From positions 320,001 to 384,000 of the forward strand of contig OZ251459.1 in NCBI GenBank assembly GCA_965242525.1: a stretch of DNA of 64,000 nt, read 5' to 3'. The DNA comes from an uncultured Candidatus Binatia bacterium (GTDB lineage: Bacteria > Desulfobacterota > Binatia > UBA9968 > JAJDTQ01). Position numbers and translations under genes: made by a program. Shown piece by piece: positions 47,877-56,919 of this stretch (positions within the stretch are counted from its first letter, which is position 1; each line of letters begins with the position of its first letter). The notes under the pieces are model-generated. The model was not told the origin of the DNA, did no database searches, and saw only the letters and a program-made list of their open reading frames with translations.

Positions 47877-50051
47877 ATGCCGCAAACGTCGATTCCTGGA
47901 AGACGGAGACATACCACCGTGCCCCCGCTCCCCCCCGGGACCGGGTGCAGGCCTGAACGCCTCCCCCTGTCGTTGCTGCTTCTCGCACTGTCCACGTTGT
48001 TCCTGTGCAGCATGGACAAGGGGTACTTCTACCGTTTCGGCGAGCATAACTGGGATACGGGGAAGAACTTGGCCATCGCCGAGAACCTGTCGCCCGACCA
48101 CCACTTCCGGTTGTTCCTGGCGCGGCGCCAAGGGTCGGGCGACGCTCCGATCCACCAGATGTACAGCCGCTTTCCCGTGGGCGGATACGCGCTCATCAAA
48201 CTCGCCATCCTCCCATTCGGAAACGACCTGTCCGCCAGGATCCTCGCCGCCCGAATGCTCATGTTGGCGTTGTTCAGCGCCGCTGCGCTCCTGGCCTTCC
48301 ACTCCCTCGCCCGCATCACCTCCCGCCGCTGGATCGCGCTGGCCGCCACCCTCATGGCGTTCTCCTCCTCCTACATGCTGTTCTACAACGACTCGGTTTC
48401 CGGGGAGTACAGCATGGACCTGTTCGCGGTCATGCTGGTGTTCCACGGCATGGTGGTGTTCGTGCAGGAGGGACGGTTCCGGCAGTTGCTGGCCAGGACC
48501 TGCGTTGCGCTGCTGCTGGGCTGGCACGTGTATGCGTTCCTGCTGCCGTTCCTCCTCCTGGGCCTGGGTAGCGAGGCGGTTCGGGCGTGGAAGGACGAGA
48601 CGGCGCTGTGGCCGCGTGCGCGCTCTGCCGGGGCGGCGGCGCTGCGCAGCCGCTACATGGCCCTTGGCCTGGCCGCGCTGCTGTTCGGCGCGGCCGTCCT
48701 GGGATTCAACTTCGCCAACGAGTACGCCGCGTTCGGAGGCGAGACCCCGGTGACGGAACTGCCGTCGTTCCGGTCCATGCTCAGGCGGACCACCGGCGTG
48801 GGCCAGGACCTGGACGCCCCTTTCCACTCCGGTGGGTGGCCGGGCTTCCTGCGAGAGCAGTTCCACCGTGTCTGCGTGGCGTCCGTTCCATGGGTGCTGA
48901 CCGACTGGGGCGCCGGTTTGCGGGGGCGGTTCCCTCCGGTTCCCTTTTCGGCGTCCGGCCTTTCGGGGCCGGAGTTGTCGGTTTACCTGCTGTCGTTGCT
49001 GCTGGCGGTGGCCGCATCCGCGGCAGCGGTTCGGCTTGCGAAGCCGCCGTTGGCAGGCCGGTCCCGCCTGCTGCTGGCCGCCCTTGCCCTGTCCGGGTTC
49101 TTCTGGGCGCTGCCCATGCGCCACAACGTTGCCGCCCACCCTCACGAGGCCCTGTACTACGTGGGCGTGCCGCTGGTGTCGTACTCACTGCTCCTGCTGT
49201 ACGTCCACCAGCGCTGGGGGCGTGGTCCGGTGGTCGGCCTTGCGGTTGCGGCCCTGCTCGCCTTCGTGGTCTCCGCCTTCGGGACGGAACGACGGTGGCG
49301 CCCCGACGCCCGGGCGGCAGAGGTCCAGCGAACCGCCATGGCCGAGCTCGGGGCCATCCGCGAGACCACCCGGGGAAAGGCGGTCCTGGTCATCGGGTCC
49401 GTCGAGCCGGAATGGTCCTGGCAGGTCGCGCACCTGTACTACGAATGGAGGTACTATCTCGCAGGTAGCGTCCTGGCGCACTCCCTCCACACGGAACACC
49501 CCTGGAGCTACTATCCCGCCGGAAGCGCGTTGACACACTTCCCGGACATGGAAGACGCCGCCCGCGCCGCGGACTTCATCGTCACCCGAGACCATGTGGA
49601 GAGCGGCGCCCTGCTCACACCCGGGAACCAACGGGTGTTCCTGTATGATTCCGCGGGTATCGACGACCTGGTGGAGTTGTACCGGGCCACGTACCAACGG
49701 GTGGTGTCCGGAGAACCTGCGGCGCGCTCCCAATTCGACGTCTATCTCGATGAGGACGCGCTGTTCCACGTCAAGGAGCCCTGCGTCCGGGAGGACGTGG
49801 GATCGAAGGTCTTCGTGAAGGTCGTCCCGGAAGACCCGAAGGACCTTCCCGAAAGGATCCCGCGGCATGGTTCCAGGGGTCTTCGTGTTTTCTTCCAGCG
49901 AAGCGGCGTGCTGTTCGAGGGGAAGTGCATGGCGATTCTTCCGCTTCCCGATTATCCCGTCTCCGTCCTCAGGACGGGACAGCAGCCGTCCCGACACCCC
50001 GGCTGGAAAGGACCCCCCGGCTGGGAAGTAGAGATACCGGCGAGCCGGTAG
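47877..50051 (+). CDS. Multi-TM GT-C-like membrane protein, paralog 5
   Basis: Starts MPQTSIPG; family motifs; the track's 5' extension is an off-frame reading of the permease. Confidence 0.85.
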   Translation: MPQTSIPGRRRHTTVPPLPPGTGCRPERLPLSLLLLALSTLFLCSMDKGYFYRFGEHNWDTGKNLAIAENLSPDHHFRLFLARRQGSGDAPIHQMYSRFPVGGYALIKLAILPFGNDLSARILAARMLMLALFSAAALLAFHSLARITSRRWIALAATLMAFSSSYMLFYNDSVSGEYSMDLFAVMLVFHGMVVFVQEGRFRQLLARTCVALLLGWHVYAFLLPFLLLGLGSEAVRAWKDETALWPRARSAGAAALRSRYMALGLAALLFGAAVLGFNFANEYAAFGGETPVTELPSFRSMLRRTTGVGQDLDAPFHSGGWPGFLREQFHRVCVASVPWVLTDWGAGLRGRFPPVPFSASGLSGPELSVYLLSLLLAVAASAAAVRLAKPPLAGRSRLLLAALALSGFFWALPMRHNVAAHPHEALYYVGVPLVSYSLLLLYVHQRWGRGPVVGLAVAALLAFVVSAFGTERRWRPDARAAEVQRTAMAELGAIRETTRGKAVLVIGSVEPEWSWQVAHLYYEWRYYLAGSVLAHSLHTEHPWSYYPAGSALTHFPDMEDAARAADFIVTRDHVESGALLTPGNQRVFLYDSAGIDDLVELYRATYQRVVSGEPAARSQFDVYLDEDALFHVKEPCVREDVGSKVFVKVVPEDPKDLPERIPRHGSRGLRVFFQRSGVLFEGKCMAILPLPDYPVSVLRTGQQPSRHPGWKGPPGWEVEIPASR

Positions 50052-50103
50052 TCTCCATCGGCCGCCCTTGCCGTTCGGGTTCGCCTCGAGGACCGCGTCC
50101 AGG

Positions 50104-51345
50104 CTATGGAGCGGCGGAGGCGTCCGTACGCAGGAGCTCCAGGAGTTCCGGACTCGGCAACCCGTCCGCCCGCCGCCGTTTCTCCTTCTGGTAGTCCCGT
50201 ATGGCGGCCCGGGTCCGGGGACCGAGAATCCCGTCCACCTTGCCGATGTCGTATCCCTTGGCGGCCAGGAGGCGTTGCAGCTCCTTGCGGTGGGTCTCGG
50301 CCAGGGGGCGGGCCCCGTCCGGCCAAGCCAGGAGCGCTCCCTCGTCCCGCAGCCGGTCGGCGAGGTGCCCGACGGCCAGCGCGTACTTGCGCGCGGGGTT
50401 GTAGCGCATGATCGAGCGAAAGTTCCGGCGCAGCAGGAAGGCAGGCCCGTCCGTTCCCGCCGGAAGGTAGAGGTAGGCGTTGTCTCCGGGGTGTGGAAAC
50501 GCGAGGCCGTCGGCGCGCCGCAGACCCATGCGCCGCCATTCGCGGACCGCCCTCTCGCCCTCGGGCCCGGCCGCATCGGCCCCGAGGCCTTGCGGAAGGG
50601 TGACGTGGTGGCCCCAGGGTCTTCCGGGCGCCCAGCCGTTCCGGCGCAGGTAGTTGGCGGTGGAGGCCAGCGCGTCCTCCGGCGTGTTCCAGATGTCCCG
50701 GCGGCCGTCGCCGGTGAAGTCCACCGCGTAGGCCGCGTAGCTGGTGGGGATGAACTGCGTGTGGCCCATGGCCCCGGCCCAGGAGCCGGTCATGCGCGGG
50801 AGCGCCACGTCCCCGGCCTCGAGGATCGCGAGCGCGGCCAGCAGTTGCTTGCGGCCGAACCTGGCGCGGCGTCCCTTGTAGGCCAGGGTGGAGAGGGACC
50901 GGATCACGTTCCGGTGGCCGCGCAGCGCGCCGTAGAGCGTTTCCATGCCCCAGACCGCCACCAGCACGCGGCGATCGACTCCGTAGCGCCGTTCCATCCG
51001 CTCCAGGTCGGCTGCGTGCTCGGACAGCTTGGCGCGCCCTTCCCGCACGCGCGTGTCCGTGACCGTCAGGGCCACGTAGTGCGACGGCGGCAGCACGAAC
51101 TCGGGTTGGCGGTCGTTCCTCTCGATGACTTCCGGGTCGGGGGTGAGGCCGCGGAACGCGCGGTCGTACAGGGGCCCCGGGATGCCGTGCCTGAGCGCCT
51201 CCCCCCGGAACTCCTCCACGAACTTCCGATAGGCCGCGTGGTCGGACGCGCTCGGCGGAGCCGCGGAAGCGGGCGCCGGGTTCCCGACGGCCGCCAGGAC
51301 CAGGGCGGCCGCCAAGCCTGCGCCGGTCCTCATCCTGCCGCTCAT
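50104..51345 (-). CDS. Lytic murein transglycosylase (MltB/SLT_2 family) with peptidoglycan-binding domain
   Basis: WGMETLYG, GSWAGAMGHTQFIPTSY, DFTGDGRRDIW, DGILGPRTRAAI. Confidence 0.95.
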   Translation of the reverse strand: MSGRMRTGAGLAAALVLAAVGNPAPASAAPPSASDHAAYRKFVEEFRGEALRHGIPGPLYDRAFRGLTPDPEVIERNDRQPEFVLPPSHYVALTVTDTRVREGRAKLSEHAADLERMERRYGVDRRVLVAVWGMETLYGALRGHRNVIRSLSTLAYKGRRARFGRKQLLAALAILEAGDVALPRMTGSWAGAMGHTQFIPTSYAAYAVDFTGDGRRDIWNTPEDALASTANYLRRNGWAPGRPWGHHVTLPQGLGADAAGPEGERAVREWRRMGLRRADGLAFPHPGDNAYLYLPAGTDGPAFLLRRNFRSIMRYNPARKYALAVGHLADRLRDEGALLAWPDGARPLAETHRKELQRLLAAKGYDIGKVDGILGPRTRAAIRDYQKEKRRRADGLPSPELLELLRTDASAAP

Positions 51346-51376
51346 GGGGAGACTATCCGGCTTCCGGTGCGGGGTG

Positions 51377-53596
51377 TCAAGGGAGCCGCCCGGGCCGGCC
51401 CACCGGCAATTCTACTTCCCAGCCGCGGCGTCCTTTCCAGTCGGGGAGCCGGTATGGCTGCTGTCCCGTCCTGACGCTGGAGACGGGATAATCGGGAAGT
51501 GGAAGGACGGCCATGCACTTCCCCTCGAACAGCACGCCGCTTTGTTGGAAGAGGATGTAAAGCTCTTCGGATCCGTGCCGCCGGCGCTCTTCGGGAAGGT
51601 CCTTCGGGTCTTCCGGGACCACCTCCACGAAGGCCGTCAATCCCACGTCTTCCCGGACGCAGGGATCCTTGACGTGGAAGATGGCGTCCTCACCGAGATG
51701 GACGTCGAAGTGGGAGCGCGCCGCAGGTTCTCCGGACGCCACCCGTTGGTGCGTGGCCCGGTAGAACGCCACCAAGTCGTCGATACCGGCCGAACCATAC
51801 AGGAATACCCGTTGGTTGCCGGGCGTGAGCAGGGCGCTGCTCTCCACGCGGTCGCGGGTGACGAGGAAGTCCGCGGCGCGGGCGGCGGCTTCCATGTCCG
51901 GGAAGTGCGTCAACGCGCTTCCGGCGGGGTGGTATCTCATGGCGCCTTGCGTGTGGAGGGAGTACGCCAGGACGCTTCCTGCGAGGTAGTACCTCCATTT
52001 GTACTGCTGCTGTGTGACCTGCCAGGACCATTCCGGCTCGACGGACCCGAGGACCAGGACCGCCTTTCCCCGGGTGGTTTCGCGGATGGCCCCGAGTTCG
52101 GCCATGGCGGTTCGCTGGATCTCTGCCACCCGGGCGTCGGGGCGCCACCGTCGTTCCGTCCCGAAGGCGGAGACCACGAAGGCGAGCAGGGCCGCAACCG
52201 CAAGGCCGACCACCGGACCGCGCCCCCAGCGCCGGTGGACGTACAGCAGGAGCAGTGAGTACAGCACCAGCGGCGCGCCCACGTAGTACATGGCCTCGTG
52301 AGGGTGGTAGGCAACGTTGTGGCGCATGAGCAGGGCCCAGCAGAACCCGGACAGGGCAAGGGTGCCCAGCAGCATGCGGCGCCGCCCTGCCAACAGCGGC
52401 TTCGCAAGCCGAACCGCGGCCGCGGATGCGGCCACCGCCGCCAGCAACGACAGGAGGTAAACCGACAACTCCGGCCCCGAAAGGCCGGACGCCGAAAAGG
52501 GAACCGGCGGGAGCCACCCCCGCAAACCGGCGCCCCAGTCGGTCAGCACCCATGGAACGGACGCCACGCGGACACGATGGAACTGCTGTCGCAGGAAGCG
52601 CAGCCACCACCTGGAGTGGAAGGGGGCGTCCAGGTCCTGGCCCACGCCGGTGGTCCGCCTGAGCATGGCCCCGAAGGACGGCAGTTCCGTCACCGGGGTC
52701 TCGCCTCCGAACGCGGCGTACTCGTTGGCGAAGTTGAATCCCAGGACGGCCGCGCCGAACAGCAGCGCGGCCAGGCCAAGGGCCATGTAGCGGCTGCGCA
52801 GCACCGCCGCCCCGGCAGAGCGCGCACGCGGCCACAGCGCCGTCTCGTCCTTCCACGCCCGAACCGCCTCGCTACCCAGGCCCAGGAGGAGGAACGGCAG
52901 CAGGAACGCATACACGTGCCAGCCCAGCAGCAGCGCAACGCAGGTCCTGGCCAGCAACTGCCGGAACCGTCCCTCCTGCACGAACACCACCATGCCGTGG
53001 AAGGCCAGCATGACCGCGAACAGGTCCACGCTGTACTCCACGCAAACCCTGTTGCCGAACGACAGCATGTAGTAGGAGGAGAACGCCATGAGGGTGGCGG
53101 CCAGCGCGACCCAGCGGCGGGAGGTGATGCGGGCGAGGGAGTGGAAGGCCAGGAGCGCAGCACCGCTGAACAGGAGCAACATGAGCATTCGGGCGGCGAG
53201 GATCCTGGCGGACAGGTCGTTTCCGAATGGGAGGATGGCGAGTTTGATGAGCGCGTAACCGCCCACGGGAAAGCGGCCGTACAGTTCGTAGGCGGGGGCG
53301 CCGCCCGGTCCCGGGCGCAGTCCCGGCGACAACCGGAAACGGTGGTGGGGCGACAGGTTCTCGGCGATGGCCAGGGTCTTCCCCGTGTTCCAGGTAGGGT
53401 GCTCCGAACGGTAGAAGTACCCCTTGTCCACGTTGCACAGGAACAACGTGGACAGTGCGAGCAGCAGCAACCACAGGGTGAGGCGTTCCGGCCGGCCCCC
53501 CGGGGAGGATGAGGCGGGCTTCACGAATGGTCCGTCTCCGTCTTCCAGATCGACGGCTTCCTTGTCGGGCGGTGGATCCGGGATGGCGCGCGTCAT
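51377..53596 (-). CDS. Multi-TM GT-C-like membrane protein, paralog 6
   Basis: ATGA overlap with the upstream arylsulfotransferase; family motifs. Confidence 0.87.
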   Translation of the reverse strand: MTRAIPDPPPDKEAVDLEDGDGPFVKPASSSPGGRPERLTLWLLLLALSTLFLCNVDKGYFYRSEHPTWNTGKTLAIAENLSPHHRFRLSPGLRPGPGGAPAYELYGRFPVGGYALIKLAILPFGNDLSARILAARMLMLLLFSGAALLAFHSLARITSRRWVALAATLMAFSSYYMLSFGNRVCVEYSVDLFAVMLAFHGMVVFVQEGRFRQLLARTCVALLLGWHVYAFLLPFLLLGLGSEAVRAWKDETALWPRARSAGAAVLRSRYMALGLAALLFGAAVLGFNFANEYAAFGGETPVTELPSFGAMLRRTTGVGQDLDAPFHSRWWLRFLRQQFHRVRVASVPWVLTDWGAGLRGWLPPVPFSASGLSGPELSVYLLSLLAAVAASAAAVRLAKPLLAGRRRMLLGTLALSGFCWALLMRHNVAYHPHEAMYYVGAPLVLYSLLLLYVHRRWGRGPVVGLAVAALLAFVVSAFGTERRWRPDARVAEIQRTAMAELGAIRETTRGKAVLVLGSVEPEWSWQVTQQQYKWRYYLAGSVLAYSLHTQGAMRYHPAGSALTHFPDMEAAARAADFLVTRDRVESSALLTPGNQRVFLYGSAGIDDLVAFYRATHQRVASGEPAARSHFDVHLGEDAIFHVKDPCVREDVGLTAFVEVVPEDPKDLPEERRRHGSEELYILFQQSGVLFEGKCMAVLPLPDYPVSSVRTGQQPYRLPDWKGRRGWEVELPVGRPGRLP

Positions 53597-55026
53597 CGTT
53601 CGGCGGCGTAGCGGATTTCGTGGAGATAGCCCTTTGCCGCCCGGGTGGCCCGTTCCTCCGGAAACCGCTCCATGTGCGACATGTCGTGGAGAGAGCGGAA
53701 CACTGCCAGCACCGCGCCGTCGGCGATCCGAACCTCCGCGGCCTTGCTCTCCCGGGTAAACGTCACCAACGCCCTGCTGCGGTCCGGGGAAATGGCGACT
53801 CCGCCGCGATGGGTCGTGTACGGTTCCCGCAAATGGTCGGGAGTCCGGCGGTTCGGGAAGATCGTGGTCTCCTCGCCGCTCGCCGCGTCCACCATCAGCA
53901 GCCGTGACACGCCCAAGGCGCCGTCCGCGTTTCTGCCGCCCTGGTTGTCCAACAGGAGGAACCTGGACCCTTCCAGATGCAGGACGGAGTGCTGCATCAT
54001 GAACCCGCCGCGCACCATGCGCTTCAAGCGTTGGGTTTCGGGGTCCAGTATGGCGAACGCGCTCAGATGCTTGATGGACACCGCGAGGTCTCCGGGTTCG
54101 AGGCCCGGGCCCGCTGCGTCTTCTCCCAGCAGGTGGACGGAATTGACATGCGTCGGGTCACAACGATCCATGTGGAGCAAAAGCGAGCCATAGGGGGACT
54201 CCAGCAAGGCGTCGAAGACGGAAACCTCCCTCAGCAGCCTCCCCGCAGGGTCGATTGCGTTCACGATGTCGTGATACCAGTGCGGACAAGACATCACGAG
54301 TCGGAGGTTGTCCCGTCCCGATACGAGCGGGAGATCCCTGGGCCTGCCGCGCCGCATGCCCGGAACCAGGACTACTCCGCCATCGGTCAGGTGCGGTCGA
54401 TGGTGGCCGTAGTCCGGACGGTACCACACCGGCTTGCCGCTCCGGTCGATGCGCGCCGTCCCGCCGCCGTAAGGGTGGGTATGATCGAAAGCGAAGACCG
54501 CCAGAAGGTCCCCGTTGGCGTATTTCGATACTCCCGTTATGCGCGTATGGTCGAGGAAGGAGAACCCGAGTGCGTGCTCGTAAGGGAAATCCCCGGTGAA
54601 CTCCTCCTTCTCCAGCCATTCCGCCAATTCCCCGGGGCGGTACGGCCAGGCATGACGGACTTCGCCCCGGCCGGCGTACTCCACCGCAATACAGCCCGCG
54701 TGCTCCGGACAGTGCTCCCGGAAGAGACCCCACCCTCCCGGAACCAGTATCGGGTCGGCCAGGCTGTCGCTGCCGATGAACTCGAAACGCCGGGCCGCCG
54801 CCTGCTCGGGCGGGACGTCCACGAACATCCTTCGTCTGTAGGAAGGTTCCCGCAGCTTGATCTCCACCAGCTCGACGAAGGTTTTCTCCGCGGAAGACAG
54901 GATGGCGTCGGGGAAGACCTCGTACAGCGCGACGTACCGCCCGCCTGCGAAGGCCGCCAGCATGAGCGCCGCCACGAACAGGAGCGCCGGCGCCCTTCTC
55001 CGCAACGCTGGAGCCGCTCCATGCAT
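53593..55026 (-). CDS. Arylsulfotransferase (ASST-like beta-propeller), membrane-anchored
   Basis: N-terminal TM; GHHR, DPTHVNSV, MQHS, LLDNQG. Confidence 0.75.
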   Translation of the reverse strand: MHGAAPALRRRAPALLFVAALMLAAFAGGRYVALYEVFPDAILSSAEKTFVELVEIKLREPSYRRRMFVDVPPEQAAARRFEFIGSDSLADPILVPGGWGLFREHCPEHAGCIAVEYAGRGEVRHAWPYRPGELAEWLEKEEFTGDFPYEHALGFSFLDHTRITGVSKYANGDLLAVFAFDHTHPYGGGTARIDRSGKPVWYRPDYGHHRPHLTDGGVVLVPGMRRGRPRDLPLVSGRDNLRLVMSCPHWYHDIVNAIDPAGRLLREVSVFDALLESPYGSLLLHMDRCDPTHVNSVHLLGEDAAGPGLEPGDLAVSIKHLSAFAILDPETQRLKRMVRGGFMMQHSVLHLEGSRFLLLDNQGGRNADGALGVSRLLMVDAASGEETTIFPNRRTPDHLREPYTTHRGGVAISPDRSRALVTFTRESKAAEVRIADGAVLAVFRSLHDMSHMERFPEERATRAAKGYLHEIRYAAER

Positions 55027-55262
55027 GCGGCTCAAAATAACACGGCGAAAGTCCGTGTGGAACTGCCTGGCCCCCCGTTGGCGACGGTTCTTCCCCCTTG
55101 CGCCACCGTCCCGGCCCGCCTCCCCGCGGACCGAAGCGAGACCCCCTCTCGATCGGGCGCCGGCTCCGGGAAGGGCCGGTTTGCCCAACCGTCCTGCACT
55201 GTCTATGATAGGGGCCTGCGCGGCCGCGCAGGACCGCAGGACACACGAGAGGAGACCTCCCC

Positions 55263-56123
55263 ATGCCCAGACCGCGACCCATCCAGTGGCCGGACGGCGC
55301 AAAGATATGCGTCACCTTCATCATTCCCTGGGAGGTGTGGCCGGACAACTACGCCACCCGGGGCTCGCTCCAGCGGGTCAGCCACCCCCTGCCGCCGGAG
55401 AACGCCGTGTTCAAGCAGAACATGGCCGCGGTCACCGAGCGCGAGTACGGCGACCGGGTGGGCATCTGGCGCATCATGGACATGTTCCAGCGGCACGGCC
55501 TCAAGGCCACGTTCCTGATGAACGGCAAGAAGGTGGAGCAGTTCCCGGACGAGGTCAGGGAGTTCCAGGCCCAGGGCCACGAGTTCTCCTCCGAGTGCTA
55601 CGAGCACGAGTACGCTTTCATGTACACCCGGGAGGAAGAACGGAAGTCGATCCGGGACACGGTGGCCGCCTTCGAGAAGGTCCTGGGCGCGCCGCCCACG
55701 GGCTACCTGTCGCCCGGCCACGCCTCCACCGACAACACCCTGGACCTGGTGGCCGAGGCGGGGTTCGTGTGGTGGGCCGACCCGCTCAACTCGGACGTCC
55801 CCTACACGCTGGAGGCCCGGGGCCGCAAGGTCGCGGTGGTGCCCTACAACGTGCCCGGCTGCAACGACTACTCCACCTACGGCGGCGGACGCACGCCGAG
55901 GGACCTGCTCCAGATCATGAAGGACCAGTTCGACTACCTCTACTGGGAAGGGGAGCAGGGGGCGCCCAAGTTCTTCGCGTTCAACCTCCATCCGTTCGTT
56001 TCCGGCGTGCCCTACCGGACGAAGGTCATCGACGAGTTCATCAAGTACGCCAAGGGCTTCCCCGATGTCTGGTTCGCCAGGCGGATCGAGATCGCCAACT
56101 GGGTCCTGGAGCAGGGATACTGA
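55263..56123 (+). CDS. Polysaccharide-deacetylase-fold hydrolase (PuuE-like)
   Basis: WPDGAKI, EYGDRVGIWRI, DQFDYLYWEG, LHPFVSG. Confidence 0.85.
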   Translation: MPRPRPIQWPDGAKICVTFIIPWEVWPDNYATRGSLQRVSHPLPPENAVFKQNMAAVTEREYGDRVGIWRIMDMFQRHGLKATFLMNGKKVEQFPDEVREFQAQGHEFSSECYEHEYAFMYTREEERKSIRDTVAAFEKVLGAPPTGYLSPGHASTDNTLDLVAEAGFVWWADPLNSDVPYTLEARGRKVAVVPYNVPGCNDYSTYGGGRTPRDLLQIMKDQFDYLYWEGEQGAPKFFAFNLHPFVSGVPYRTKVIDEFIKYAKGFPDVWFARRIEIANWVLEQGY

Positions 56124-56139
56124 GGCGGCCGCCGGAACC

Positions 56140-56913
56140 CTACGGCGCGGCCCGCGGTCTCGCCCGGGGCGGGCCCGCGCTGCGGAGGTCGATGGTCTGC
56201 CCGCACAGGCCCCCGGCGAGGTCGCTGAGCAGGAAGGCGGCCACCGCGGCCACCCGGGGCGTTGCGGAAGGGGTCTCGCCCGCGGGGGCGGGGACGGTGT
56301 CCGGCCGGGTCTCGCCGCGGCTCCGGGGCGCGCCGGCCGCCGCGGCTCCGGCCGCCTGGGCCGGCAGCAGCACGTTCAGGGTAACGTTGTCCCCGGCCAC
56401 GCCCGCGGCCGCGGACTTGAGCCAGGCGGACAGGGCGGCGCCGGCCACGGAGTGGACCTGTCTTTCGGCGTCGGTCCCCGGGTCCGGCCACGGGATCATC
56501 CAGAGCACCCGGCCCCATCCCCGGCGCTGCATTCCGCGCACGAGGGTCTCGGTGGCCGCCCGGAAGCCGAGGAAGCCGGCGCCGAGCCGGGTTTCCCAGG
56601 ACGGCGTGCTCCCTTCCGGCGGGGCGGGAAGCCGGGCCACCCCGAACAGCAGGTCGATGTCGCCCAAGTCCTCGGTGATGCGGCTCACGAGGGCGACGGT
56701 GGAAGGCTCGTCCCAGCCTTCGATGCGGTAGCCCGCGGCGTTGACGCCGCTCCGCTCCACGTTCTCCGAAGCGACCCTTTGCGCCGCCCATCCCTTGCGG
56801 GCGCACACCGCCAGGTCGGCCCCCTCGGCCGCCAGGGCCCCGGCCACGGCCCGGCCGACGCCCCGGGAGCCGCCGAACACCAGCGCCCGCCTGCCTCGGA
56901 TGCCCAGGTCCAT
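56140..56913 (-). CDS. Atypical short-chain dehydrogenase/reductase
   Basis: MDLGIRGRRALVFGGSRGVG Rossmann start, MQRRGWGRV, NVTLNVLLP; no YxxxK. Confidence 0.78.
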   Translation of the reverse strand: MDLGIRGRRALVFGGSRGVGRAVAGALAAEGADLAVCARKGWAAQRVASENVERSGVNAAGYRIEGWDEPSTVALVSRITEDLGDIDLLFGVARLPAPPEGSTPSWETRLGAGFLGFRAATETLVRGMQRRGWGRVLWMIPWPDPGTDAERQVHSVAGAALSAWLKSAAAGVAGDNVTLNVLLPAQAAGAAAAGAPRSRGETRPDTVPAPAGETPSATPRVAAVAAFLLSDLAGGLCGQTIDLRSAGPPRARPRAAP

Positions 56914-56919
56914 GGCGGT

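Noticed and set aside
46575-50051. Apparent long fusions in the ORF track (46575-50051, 12451-15321, 24459-27710, 27766-30258, 56920-59220, 20362-21762)
   Set aside because: The N-terminal parts are off-frame readings of neighbouring genes; true starts are internal
3455-53596. Diversity-generating retroelement as the source of paralog variation
   Set aside because: No reverse transcriptase or template repeat in the window; variation spans many loops, includes indels and shows no obvious adenine restriction
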